Source of the DNA: a virus
Taxonomy: Duplodnaviria; Heunggongvirae; Uroviricota; Caudoviricetes
Length of the DNA stretch: 64,000 nt
Reading direction: 5' to 3' (one strand)
Virus record (IMG/VR): IMGVR_UViG_3300010369_000001
Positions 27,501 through 36,110 of the stretch are shown piece by piece. The position numbers and the translations under genes were made by a program. Position 1 is the first letter of the stretch. Each line of letters opens with the position of its first letter. The notes under the pieces were generated by a model. That model had not been told where the DNA came from. It was given only the letters and a program-made list of their open reading frames with translations, and searched no databases.

Positions 27501-30386
27501 TTTATTTTTTTGACAATTTAAAAGATCATCTAATAATTTTTGACGATCTTCATAAATAAACCATGTTTTTAATTTTTTAATACTTTCCGTTCTAACACGA
27601 AAACCATATGCATCCGCCCATTTATCATTTATTAATTTTCTAGGAGAAAATAAAATAGTCGTTGAAACGTTTAAAGAAGCTAAAATATCAACTAAATCAT
27701 CACGTAAACGTTCGGAAGTAACAAACACACACAATTGAATAGCGCCGTTTATGTCCGTATGTAAGCAAGCATCGCCGCTAAAAAATCCAGCAATAAGTCC
27801 TTGCCTAAAAGCTTTAGACTCACCTAACAGTTCATCAGCTATATATTTAGTACCAGAATATCTTCCACAATAATTAAATAAATCGCAAGCCAATGCCGCA
27901 TTTGCTATTCTTACTCCACCTTTTATCGGCAATGCCTTATTTTCTGCCGACCAATCTTGTAAATAAGTCAGGACTTGTTGCTTACGAGACTGACCCTCAA
28001 CAGCAAAATTAACCTCACTATAAATATTGCCATCATTAGCTTTAAATTTTTCCAATTTTTTACGACCGGCATCTCCCTTTTTCGGAAATTTTGATTGTGC
28101 TTGATGTACTGAAGTATGTGCAACAGCCCGTTTTAAATAGCCTTCAGCAAGATAAAGCCCAGTAACCGCTCCTCGAACATATTCTGCCCTGTAATCGTAT
28201 TCCCTTTTTTCACTAAGCGCTAATGATGCAATAGGTATTCGTGTTTTACCGACGATACATTCCGATGGAAATAACGGTACAAGCGCACCAATATCATTTA
28301 AAGTTACTAAACTATGATCTTCAGTTACCTGCACTTTTCGTCCAGATTTTGTAACTATTTCAAGTATTTGTTTATCTTTATTAGTTACTTTTTGTACCGC
28401 TGTTACGGCTTCCCAACCGGTATTATAATTATTTTGTTGAATAGTTCGTGTCTTATCTCCGGGTTGCCAGCTATAGTCTTTTATTTTTCCTCGCCAAATT
28501 TTTCCAGTTTCCCGTAATATGTAAATCTTAGTGTCACCTACAACACACTTTCTATTGCTTGCTGCGTTCTTGACAAAAGGAAATTTCTTTTGTCCTTCTG
28601 GAGTGTCAATAATAATTTCTCGATCAGTTACTTTTCTAACCATGCCCTCTACATCAGAATTAACAGTAGAAAAGAGACCTATTTTGTCTTCATATGACTC
28701 ATCTTTAGCTCCTGGCATACGTGATTGAACTAAAGGGGATTCGCCGCCTTCTAAAGGCAGTGCTTGAGTAATCATACGAGCTGCCATCGATACTCGCTGT
28801 CCTTTTACATTCCCCAGCATGGGAATTAAATTAGAAAGATTGTTGTAGCCTGACTGCGCATTGGGAAAAATATAATCAATTTGATCTTTTTTAATTCCCA
28901 TTCTGGGTTGCCTATCTCTGTCGAAGGCAGAAATACGATCATCCCCTTTGGCCCACTCTGATTGAAGCGTGACCGTAGCTTCCATCAAATCTACTGGATT
29001 TTTATATTCTTCCTTACCTGTTCGGGCATTTATTACTGGAATATATAAATTACCGTCGGATCCTTTTTTAGCTGACGAGCTAATATAAAGGTCAACTCCT
29101 GCCCTTAAAGATTCTGGTGTTTGTAGCGGATCAATAAACCCATATTGACTATTGTTTACCTCGCGAGCTGAGTCTGGGATAGCGTTTGAGTCATTGATTG
29201 CTCCCGCACCCATTCTTGTCACGCTAAATAACTTAGAATACTGCTCATATGGGTTTACTTCCTCAGCTGGGCTAGCTAACCCACTTTGAGTAATAACCGC
29301 CCCAATTTGTTTCGATAATGCACCAGTTGGTATTTTATCTAAATTGGGATTATTATTTGACAAGAATGTCAGTTTATTTAATAGTTGCCTTCTTACTCTA
29401 CCGTCATCTAATCTAAGTCGCTCAGCAAATAAATCTTCTGGCCCGTGAAAGGATTGAAAAGCCATATTATCTCGACTATCACTTTCAACTTCTCCACGAG
29501 CTAATTGAACTAATTTTTTAGATGCACTTAACACAGCGTCCTTATCTAAATGATCCTTTTCTGTCCCAAGTGTTGATCGAGTTACTTCCTTAGCAAATTT
29601 AATCGCAGCAGCTTGCTCTTGAATACGCTCACGCATTTTAGCGTCACTGTCTTTATCTCCTGGTTGCTGATATTTCTTCCTTACAAAACGATCATACAGC
29701 TTACGAGTATTTACTTCTCTTGCGTGTGCTTTATTTGTTTCAAATAATTTATCACCCCAAGCTTCCTTTAACTCATCGTCGGACGCGCCCATTGCATGCA
29801 AAAAAGTATACAACGGCACATTATTTTTACTGACTTCCATATCAAATCTACCGGTAGTTGGGTCAAACTTATAAGAATGTGTCGGCCCTTCATGGTCAGC
29901 TGCATTTACATTAGCCACCAGCTCATTATTCTCCTTTTGTCTAACATAAATTCCATGCTTAAGTCTTTGCTGATTACGGATGTAATAGAGATTACCAGAG
30001 TCCATGACCCCACCATTGTCCAAAATATACGGGACATTAGCTAAAGTCTTGCGCTGTTTCTGTAGAAGCCTTCCTGTTTGAGTGTCTATTAAATTCCAAG
30101 TACCTCTAAGCCTGCGATTGAGTGACCGTTGCTGGATTCTAGCTTGGTGAACATCGTGCGCATTGTATGCAGGATTGTCAGCCCAATCTACATCAGAAAT
30201 GGACAGCGTGTAGCGATTATTAGACACAGGCTGCAAATTACTTGCGGCTTGATGTACGGAATCAAATACCGCACTTCTAAGAGCTGCAGGATCGTCAAAG
30301 GCTCTCATCCGAACAGCTGGTTTTTCGTCCTCTTTCTTTTGCTGCGGAGGCCGTAAAGTATTCTGAAAAAGCGGCGGTGTAGTCAT
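24570..30386 (-). CDS. rpoB: Phage multi-subunit RNA polymerase, beta fused to N-terminal half of beta', intein-containing
   Basis: Beta motifs GFIDPLQTPES..AG, RVSMAARMITQALPL, DKLANRYGAKGVI, KLHHSAEGK..RS, GAKRVALM; beta' motifs GLFDPAIFG, WMLDRIPVIPPKFRP, RNLLGGGVDVVSRNVI, VVLDRSPILH, GADLDGDAM. Confidence 0.93.
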   Translation of the reverse strand: MTTPPLFQNTLRPPQQKKEDEKPAVRMRAFDDPAALRSAVFDSVHQAASNLQPVSNNRYTLSISDVDWADNPAYNAHDVHQARIQQRSLNRRLRGTWNLIDTQTGRLLQKQRKTLANVPYILDNGGVMDSGNLYYIRNQQRLKHGIYVRQKENNELVANVNAADHEGPTHSYKFDPTTGRFDMEVSKNNVPLYTFLHAMGASDDELKEAWGDKLFETNKAHAREVNTRKLYDRFVRKKYQQPGDKDSDAKMRERIQEQAAAIKFAKEVTRSTLGTEKDHLDKDAVLSASKKLVQLARGEVESDSRDNMAFQSFHGPEDLFAERLRLDDGRVRRQLLNKLTFLSNNNPNLDKIPTGALSKQIGAVITQSGLASPAEEVNPYEQYSKLFSVTRMGAGAINDSNAIPDSAREVNNSQYGFIDPLQTPESLRAGVDLYISSSAKKGSDGNLYIPVINARTGKEEYKNPVDLMEATVTLQSEWAKGDDRISAFDRDRQPRMGIKKDQIDYIFPNAQSGYNNLSNLIPMLGNVKGQRVSMAARMITQALPLEGGESPLVQSRMPGAKDESYEDKIGLFSTVNSDVEGMVRKVTDREIIIDTPEGQKKFPFVKNAASNRKCVVGDTKIYILRETGKIWRGKIKDYSWQPGDKTRTIQQNNYNTGWEAVTAVQKVTNKDKQILEIVTKSGRKVQVTEDHSLVTLNDIGALVPLFPSECIVGKTRIPIASLALSEKREYDYRAEYVRGAVTGLYLAEGYLKRAVAHTSVHQAQSKFPKKGDAGRKKLEKFKANDGNIYSEVNFAVEGQSRKQQVLTYLQDWSAENKALPIKGGVRIANAALACDLFNYCGRYSGTKYIADELLGESKAFRQGLIAGFFSGDACLHTDINGAIQLCVFVTSERLRDDLVDILASLNVSTTILFSPRKLINDKWADAYGFRVRTESIKKLKTWFIYEDRQKLLDDLLNCQKNKRQITGCTEKVPVSKASIKLLKNLRPKKFWELKKWRELYRYGTKGAIPKKLLKDISGNFGLWAASDIEWDLITEIKLTEFVTDVYDLTVANSHCFCVGGGLVVHNTYTTQTPVVQPGQQITKGQLLAKSNFTDDTGAMAQGFNARAVVMPWRGSNTMDAIIISKSMADRMKSQHAYQHKVDWAENIKQGKKTFMGAFPSVYDAAQLDTIDDDGVVRIGTVLNQGDPMVLKADVNTKPVDRIHRKGAQSLTNSALEWDHEDPGQVVEVFNDKNGVNVVVSSLSPTRLADKLANRYGAKGVIAEIVPDDQMPQTPDGPAEIVYSPIGNIGRVNYSMLHEHLLGRIAKKTGKPIKIESFDPKEPDTAAYVLRLAKEHGINPRDPVLDPETGKLITGTDGKGIGWGYSYVQKLHHSAEGKTSDRSFGHYTADEQPASGGSEGAKRVALMHTNALISHGAYNMLADARRIRGQKNDDYWAAFMRGYQPPEPEMPQMYHKFMAHLQGSGINVTPTANKLKILALTNNDVKQLVGNREVTSSETIKWEGDKKGIKGGLFDPAIFGEYGEKWGFIKPAQPMLNPVMEEPARRMLGLTQAKLNDVIAGRAQLNEFGTGPQAIRKALGKLNVDHEMSRARETIASTRGTKRDEAVKKLQFLKAAKDNDLTPADWMLDRIPVIPPKFRPVSEMGGTKTALIADVNYLYKQMIDHDKTVKELEGQIGDAGEEYLQSYNYFKQITGLMDPSHPKLQQKRVTGLLRHVFGEGSSKYGMVQRNLLGGGVDVVSRNVITMSPNLDLDEVGLPINSAYEIYKPVIIRKLAQSGVPLTTAQDMYDNKDKRAKAALLQSVQERPVVLDRSPILHQYGIMAFWPKLVKGNSIQMNQYTMGGFGADLDGDAMNFQLPISDDAVQDAIRLMLPSQNLLNMTDGSPNFTPQEDYIAGLYEATRSRKKKSRPKVFATMADFKQAWVRGEVQLSDEVEILRR
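27189..28547 (-). mobile_element. Intein with LAGLIDADG homing endonuclease (453 aa)
   Basis: Starts CVVGDT (codon at 28547), ends GGGLVVHN then Thr+1; VTGLYLAEGY and LIAGFFSGDAC blocks; AT-rich. Confidence 0.93.
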
Positions 30387-30416
30387 GCTTTAATTATACT
30401 TGAGCATGTCGAAGCT

Positions 30417-30485
30417 AAAAAAAAGAGCGGACAGCGATTATAGGCTCCTTCCTGACCAGGAAAGGCTACCTATAACGCTTTGCTC
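30417..30485 (-). terminator. Long interrupted hairpin with U8 tract (terminator)
   Basis: gagc/gctc, agcg/cgct, ttatagg/cctataa and ttcctg/caggaa nested pairs next to an A8 run. Confidence 0.75.
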
Positions 30486-30489
30486 ACAA

Positions 30490-30880
30490 AATACCTCCTG
30501 TACCAATAGAAGTATATGCATTCGGGAAGTGAGCGCACCCCTACATTGCTCATCTCGCTGAGCAATTTGCTAGTCATCGCCAGCGGCGTCATCCTGTCTC
30601 CTGAGCGGGCGATAACTCACGTTGCCCCAGGACAAGCACATTTTTTTACGCTACTAACGTTACGAGTATATGGTAATGTGCGCCGCAGCTCCACCATACA
30701 TTGTCGTCAAGGATTCTTTATCATTGCAGCTTGTACCTTGAATAGGGCTGCAACGTGTGGTTCTCCTTATAGGATTATGTCACTGAACAGTTCACAGAGG
30801 CCACAGCTCTCCCTGTCTCCGAGTTTCCCCGGACTAACCGCGTTGTCTTTGCGGCGGACGTTCCTTTTTGTTGCATGAAA
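30490..30880 (-). ncRNA. Candidate large structured non-coding RNA of unassigned family
   Basis: GC-richer gap with no minus-strand ORF; multiple helices whose G-U wobbles and GAAA tetraloop work only on the minus strand. Confidence 0.6.
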
Positions 30881-30881
30881 A

Positions 30882-30920
30882 TATTTTATAAAAATCTTCA
30901 TTATTTATAAATATCTTCAC
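30882..30920. repeat. Tandem 19-bp near-perfect repeat (20-bp period)
   Basis: tattttataaaaatcttca / tattttataaatatcttca directly upstream of the candidate ncRNA. Confidence 0.8.
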
Positions 30921-30962
30921 TATTTAATAACACAAATAACGCTGTTTTTTAATTCTTTTTAG

Positions 30963-32015
30963 CTACCTTGTAAGTCCACTATTTACAGCTTTTACAATAG
31001 GCTCAAATGAATCATAAACAACGGGAATACTTTCAGAAAGAACAACGCCTAGTCTTCCATACCTGCCTGCCGTAGAAAGAAATCTCGATGCAATAGCTTT
31101 CGTCATCCAGGCGCCATCAGCTGGCGAACCCAGAATGTCAGCTGCTGTATAGCGACGGCCGTGACTGTTTAGCCAGTAGACATATTCTTCGCCGCCCACA
31201 GTGACCCAACTATTAATGCTGGTTGCATGATTCCAGCTGCCCGATAGCGTAGCTACTCTCACGCCATTTCTATCCGTTGAACTGCCGCCCACTTTTATTG
31301 TATTCCCTAAGAAAATACCAAACCCGGCCTTAGCTGCCTCGAAAACCCTATCAACAAGATTATCCGTAGGCATCCAGCAAAGACCTGATTGGTAATTAAG
31401 AGCGACATTTGCATGTGTCCTTGTGTCCGGCTGACGAGTTACATTATCGCCAGCTACTTCAATTGGGAAATTACCGTGTCGATTAACAGCCGCACCAATT
31501 GCAGCTATGCTCTGGCCGCCCCGCATACTGCCGCCTTTAGAAATAACCCAAGTCACTAATGGATTATACGGGTTATACAGCATTGGCTGCCCTAAAGCAA
31601 TATCAGTAAGTGTTGAAGCATGCTTTGCGAACGCAGCTGCAAATCCGGCGCAGCTGGGCACAGACTGTTGGCTAAATGCAAATTGGTTACCTCGCCGGAA
31701 GTTAGATGGAAGAGCTGGAATAATATCCCAAGGAAACCAGCTAAACCCTGAGTCTACAATACGTTGCAAGGCTACCTGCCGAGACCGCATGTAACGCTCG
31801 AAGGTACTATCCCAAGCTATGATTGGCATATCCCCACCACGCTCCCAGCCAGAAATACTGACAGCTGCTGCGGACATTGCCTCTAATAACTCTTCATCAT
31901 AATCATCCGCTGGCAAACAGCCATCTTCCGCAGCATTAGCAATATTTGCCTCGCGCCTCAGCCTAGCTCGTTCGGACATCCGAACATCTGAAATTCTAAA
32001 TCTGCTTCTAAACAT
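30963..32015 (-). CDS. Papain-like (C1) cysteine peptidase
   Basis: QQSVPSCAGFA (Gln/Cys), WNHATSI (His), YWLNSHG (Asn). Confidence 0.8.
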   Translation of the reverse strand: MFRSRFRISDVRMSERARLRREANIANAAEDGCLPADDYDEELLEAMSAAAVSISGWERGGDMPIIAWDSTFERYMRSRQVALQRIVDSGFSWFPWDIIPALPSNFRRGNQFAFSQQSVPSCAGFAAAFAKHASTLTDIALGQPMLYNPYNPLVTWVISKGGSMRGGQSIAAIGAAVNRHGNFPIEVAGDNVTRQPDTRTHANVALNYQSGLCWMPTDNLVDRVFEAAKAGFGIFLGNTIKVGGSSTDRNGVRVATLSGSWNHATSINSWVTVGGEEYVYWLNSHGRRYTAADILGSPADGAWMTKAIASRFLSTAGRYGRLGVVLSESIPVVYDSFEPIVKAVNSGLTR

Positions 32016-32017
32016 TG

Positions 32018-32242
32018 TTATCTCCTAAATAGCCCTCGTGTAAGTCGCGGTTGAACTACTGGCGCCGGTGTTGGCTCTTCTTCTTCTTCTTTAACTTCCT
32101 CCTCAGTCTCTTCTGCTTCAGCTACCGGCAAATTACCGAAGTCCTGCAACAATTTCTCTAATAATTTCTGAGGGTCTTCTGCCAGCTTGATGTTCTCGCT
32201 GAAAGGCAGAACCCAGTGCCTCCCGCCACTGGGGTGCTTCAA
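32018..32242 (-). CDS. Small acidic hypothetical protein (true start uncertain)
   Basis: Glu-rich C-terminal part fills the gap between 32133 and 32015; 5' part overlaps the neighbouring ORF. Confidence 0.4.
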   Translation of the reverse strand: MKHPSGGRHWVLPFSENIKLAEDPQKLLEKLLQDFGNLPVAEAEETEEEVKEEEEEPTPAPVVQPRLTRGLFRR

Positions 32243-32750
32243 ACTGAATCAACGGGCGCAACTCGTTGGTAGGGTTAAAGGAATCATCTATCGTCCCGAC
32301 CAAAGTGTCCAAGCTGTTAGCTAGCCTAGCGGGATTTTCTAAAAACGGAGCATACTTACGACTTAGTTCAGTAAGTGTCAACCTAGAATCATCTTGATTA
32401 TTATTATTCTGATTCTGCTGCTGATTCTGATTGTTATTAACATTCACATTCCTCATGAACTCAGAGTTCAAAAAGAAATAAGCGCCAAGCAGAATAAGGG
32501 CGACCATAGCTAGTCGTTGAACAATGTCAGCTACTTGAGTTTTAAAATCAGGCCACCTAAACTTGTCCCGCTTTTCTGCACAAAGTCGCTGCACTTCACC
32601 GCCCATGTGCTCAGTCAACTGCTCGAGGTCAGCTAACCTCTGGGTCATTCGGTTATACCTGTCATCGCTGTCAAGAGCCAAATTATTTATCTCTTGACTC
32701 AACTCTTCTATCGTAGCTCGATTAGAAGCCACCGTCGGTCTTGTATTCAT
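32133..32750 (-). CDS. Single-pass membrane protein with N-terminal coiled coil and Asn/Gln linker
   Basis: LAMVALILLGAYFFL TM segment; NNNQNQQQNQNNNNQ. Confidence 0.7.
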   Translation of the reverse strand: MNTRPTVASNRATIEELSQEINNLALDSDDRYNRMTQRLADLEQLTEHMGGEVQRLCAEKRDKFRWPDFKTQVADIVQRLAMVALILLGAYFFLNSEFMRNVNVNNNQNQQQNQNNNNQDDSRLTLTELSRKYAPFLENPARLANSLDTLVGTIDDSFNPTNELRPLIQFEAPQWREALGSAFQREHQAGRRPSEIIREIVAGLR

Positions 32751-32752
32751 AT

Positions 32753-33553
32753 TTATTCCTCAATTACTTGAAATGCCCAAATTGTATGTGCGCCATTATT
32801 ACTGTTACCGTTTAACACAACTTCCAATAAATGTTCGTCCGGCCAGAGAATAAAATCACCCCACTCATCACTAGTTGACTTATTAATGGTGTTAATTTCT
32901 CCGATTAAATTACCGCTTGCATAAAATGTCACAGGATTTCCTAAGACTGCATCATGGTTTACAAAACCAGCTAATTTAATTGGCTTTGTATTTCGGAGCA
33001 AAATAGCTGACGGAGCGTGTGCACTAATAAAATTCCAGCCATTTAAGCTAGCTGGCGGCACCACATTCCCCCCATAACCTGTCACTCCATTTAATCCTAT
33101 TCTACCGTACCCTACCGTGTGCCAGAGGATATTGATGCTGTCATTTATCGGAAGATCAGCTAAAGCCGTTACTTCAGGCGTAGCCGGTAGCTGAGGTGCT
33201 GCATATATAGTCGCCATCACCTCATTATTTGACGTAGTGGCCGGCGGATAAAATTGAGGAACTTGTGCCGGCTTATAGGTCGCCCGCTTATTTTCAGCGC
33301 AGTCAGTACATGGCTCGCTTGTGACTGTTGCTGTAATTTGCGGCGTAAAAGGCGCTATTACTGGATTTCCGCCAGCATCAGTACCCACAAATACCGGGGC
33401 AGGCGCGGGCAAAGCTACTGCATTAGACTGCTTCACAAAATATCGGGCATTCAATTGCTGGCCAGTAGTCGGTCTTTGCACCGACGGCACTTGAGAAAAT
33501 TGCGCTGCAGCTACAGCGTCAGGAACTAATCTAATTGGCTTAACCATGTGCAT
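32753..33553 (-). CDS. Hypothetical protein (Pro/Ala-rich N-half, globular beta-rich C-half)
   Basis: 266 aa, TAATG-coupled. Confidence 0.7.
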   Translation of the reverse strand: MHMVKPIRLVPDAVAAAQFSQVPSVQRPTTGQQLNARYFVKQSNAVALPAPAPVFVGTDAGGNPVIAPFTPQITATVTSEPCTDCAENKRATYKPAQVPQFYPPATTSNNEVMATIYAAPQLPATPEVTALADLPINDSINILWHTVGYGRIGLNGVTGYGGNVVPPASLNGWNFISAHAPSAILLRNTKPIKLAGFVNHDAVLGNPVTFYASGNLIGEINTINKSTSDEWGDFILWPDEHLLEVVLNGNSNNGAHTIWAFQVIEE

Positions 33554-34365
33554 TAAAGTATATTTATAAAATTATCTAATGGATTCCCCAGACGAAAGGC
33601 AGGCGAGCCATGTAAAATACACGCCTCACCTATGTTTAAATGCTGCTCTTTAGCTACACGCATTTCTGGCAGCGTAACTAATCGCTGCCCAACATAATTA
33701 GCTAATAACCTACACATTATGTCGGGTACGGCAGCCATTTTATTTTTCATTAAAACTATGTTAGTTAAAGTTTGATCACAGCCTCGGTCAAGAGCTTGCG
33801 CGGTTAGCTGACTAAGATGTGTCACCTTCAAATCTTGAATAAAACTTACTTTATCGGTTCTCCACCTATCATGAGCTAATTTTAGTGCAGCATAATGAGC
33901 TTTATAAGCGTCAATATGCCCAACCATTAGCCCCATACAGCAATATCCGGGCGATAATCCGTCACTTAATTTATGCCCCAATGCTTGGAAGGCGGGCTCA
34001 TCGTTTGCAACTCCCACACTATAAGGATAATTCCAGTCAGTGGCAGTTAAAAGAGTTTCTTGCGGAGGATATACTTGCTGTGCCTGCCTAATAAAATCAC
34101 TAAAAGGCTTAACGCATACTGTGTCCGCCGCATCACACCATACAAGATATTCAATGCCTTGCTGCTGAAAATAATCTAGCTTGTCTATAACCGCCTTAAA
34201 CTTTACGTCAAGAAAGCTAGTCCAATTATTTTTGTAATTTAAAAAATGAATCGGATAGCCAAATTTTCTTGCCGATTTAACAAACTGACCAATAACCGCA
34301 AATAAACCCGTATGCGGATACGACGCAGCTGAAAATAATACTGTGTTCTTTTCTGTACAGTTCAT
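33553..34365 (-). CDS. PLOD/LH3-like glycosyltransferase domain protein
   Basis: FVKSARKFG, LVWCDAADTV, CMGLMVG, CDQTL, ILHGS; paralogue of 3949-4848. Confidence 0.6.
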   Translation of the reverse strand: MNCTEKNTVLFSAASYPHTGLFAVIGQFVKSARKFGYPIHFLNYKNNWTSFLDVKFKAVIDKLDYFQQQGIEYLVWCDAADTVCVKPFSDFIRQAQQVYPPQETLLTATDWNYPYSVGVANDEPAFQALGHKLSDGLSPGYCCMGLMVGHIDAYKAHYAALKLAHDRWRTDKVSFIQDLKVTHLSQLTAQALDRGCDQTLTNIVLMKNKMAAVPDIMCRLLANYVGQRLVTLPEMRVAKEQHLNIGEACILHGSPAFRLGNPLDNFINIL

Positions 34366-34367
34366 AT

Positions 34368-35270
34368 TTAATAATTGTTTTGGTCTTCAGGCTCCTCTAC
34401 TATTATTGATTTAATAAACGGGAGTATTTCAATAACTCCAACTTCCATTTTTGCAGCCGGCCACAAAGAACCAGTATATTCTTGTTCGCCAATAAACATC
34501 TTAACTAATCCTCCGTGTAATTTAGGCATAAATCTACCCGCCCTGCATCGCTTATCATAACAAAGATATACGATAGCCTCGCTTTCAATAACGTGATGAT
34601 AATACGTGGAAAATTCACCAATTTCCGATACAAACTCTACGGCTATTTCTGGATCTTTTGGGCCGCTATTAAGCCAGCTCAATTTAATCGAGCTAAAGTC
34701 TGGCACCTTTCGCTCTTTAACAGCCGTAGCTGCCTTTTTTCTTCCTCGACCTGCTGCTACTTCTTCGTAATATTCTGTTTCTTCCGCAAACTGAGCCACA
34801 GGAATATCAGCAACATGCTCTGCTCGTCCATTCTGTAAGGAATATAACGCCTGAGCTGGCGGGGCCGGATATTCAGGTTCTTTGGGTGCCGGAGCGGGCT
34901 TATTGCTATTGAGCCTAGCTAAGATCTCAGGCTCAACACTGCCCGGTCGCAACATATTATGTCGCAACATTAGTGCTTGAATATCTTCATGTGAACCAAT
35001 AGCGCCTAAACTTCTAAGAAACTGACCGCCTGCGCCCATCACATGAACTTCTTGCGGCTCACTTGCTCTTCTACCAAAAAAATCTTCAGCTGAAATATCA
35101 AATACATTAGACGCAGCAGCTATTTTAGCTAAAGCCGCTTCCATCTCATCTTCTGTCTCAATTTCAACCATTCCACCAGCTGACGTAAGATTCAACTCTT
35201 GCGCCGGCAAGTGATCAAACTCTGGCGATATAAGTGAAGTAGTTGGTAATGCTTTCTTTCGTTTAGCCAT
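34368..35270 (-). CDS. Hypothetical protein
   Basis: 300 aa, acidic N-half, coupled run. Confidence 0.7.
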   Translation of the reverse strand: MAKRKKALPTTSLISPEFDHLPAQELNLTSAGGMVEIETEDEMEAALAKIAAASNVFDISAEDFFGRRASEPQEVHVMGAGGQFLRSLGAIGSHEDIQALMLRHNMLRPGSVEPEILARLNSNKPAPAPKEPEYPAPPAQALYSLQNGRAEHVADIPVAQFAEETEYYEEVAAGRGRKKAATAVKERKVPDFSSIKLSWLNSGPKDPEIAVEFVSEIGEFSTYYHHVIESEAIVYLCYDKRCRAGRFMPKLHGGLVKMFIGEQEYTGSLWPAAKMEVGVIEILPFIKSIIVEEPEDQNNY

Positions 35271-35712
35271 TTTCTTTTTTGTCTCTTAATTTTTCAATAT
35301 CAATTGGCGCATATTCATGTCCTAAAACAAACTCAACTGCAATTTGATCTTTTTTAATAAAGCCAGCATTAAACATTAGCTTAGCTATATCTTCAATAGA
35401 CGCAGCGCTGCCTAAGTCTTTATATAGTTTAAAAGAGGCATCAAGGACGTTAACTCTAAGCGGTCTTGCTTTTAAATATTCAGTGTAATCTGCGTCCCAA
35501 ATATTTACTTGTTGACTAGCATATTTCTCAAAAACTTCCTTAAACCTATCAGACGAATTATCAAATAACTCGCTTACAGGCATCTTAGCCAAAGCTTCAC
35601 TAAGTTCACCTCTAGCTTTTTCATTAGTCATTATTGCCCTATCTACCGCTACTGTGCTATTATGCGGATTAGCATATAAAGCATTACCGCTACTTACATG
35701 TTTTACTGTCAT
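35263..35712 (-). CDS. Hypothetical protein
   Basis: 149 aa coupled ORF. Confidence 0.7.
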   Translation of the reverse strand: MTVKHVSSGNALYANPHNSTVAVDRAIMTNEKARGELSEALAKMPVSELFDNSSDRFKEVFEKYASQQVNIWDADYTEYLKARPLRVNVLDASFKLYKDLGSAASIEDIAKLMFNAGFIKKDQIAVEFVLGHEYAPIDIEKLRDKKENG

Positions 35713-36110
35713 ATTAACTGCTCCAACTTTAATTTTTCTTGCTTTATTCCTATGTCACCATCATTTATCGGCGTACGACTGTTATAACCTTCTGTGATAG
35801 GTACTTCCTGTCCTTCTAAATTCACCACAAATAAATTTTGCCCTGAACCGTCCTTAGTTACTGGTAGGCTATAGCCGTAGTATATGAATATTTTGCCTAG
35901 TGTCAACAATTTTACAACTTTAGTTAACTCTCGGCGCATTGAATCAAAATCATCAAAACTGTAATTCTTCATTCCCAAAAGAGGCGACGTAATACAAACA
36001 TGCCACTTCATGGTTGGCGTAGGCCGCTCTGTAAACATTTTTGCCTGCGCAAGTAAAGCATTTACAGTATCTGCTGATAAATTCTGAAGTAGTTCTAATT
36101 CTTCTGACAT
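35709..36110 (-). CDS. Hypothetical protein
   Basis: 133 aa coupled ORF. Confidence 0.7.
   Translation of the reverse strand: MSEELELLQNLSADTVNALLAQAKMFTERPTPTMKWHVCITSPLLGMKNYSFDDFDSMRRELTKVVKLLTLGKIFIYYGYSLPVTKDGSGQNLFVVNLEGQEVPITEGYNSRTPINDGDIGIKQEKLKLEQLI

Noticed and set aside
30516-30878. Plus-strand 120-aa ORF across the structured gap
   Set aside because: No SD, shadow-like composition, wrong strand for the region; base-pairing signals favour a minus-strand RNA.
30490-30880. Calling the structured gap RNase P RNA or tmRNA
   Set aside because: Only loose resemblance to two RNase P segments; no complementary P4 strand, no tRNA-like ends and no ALAA-type tag ORF found.
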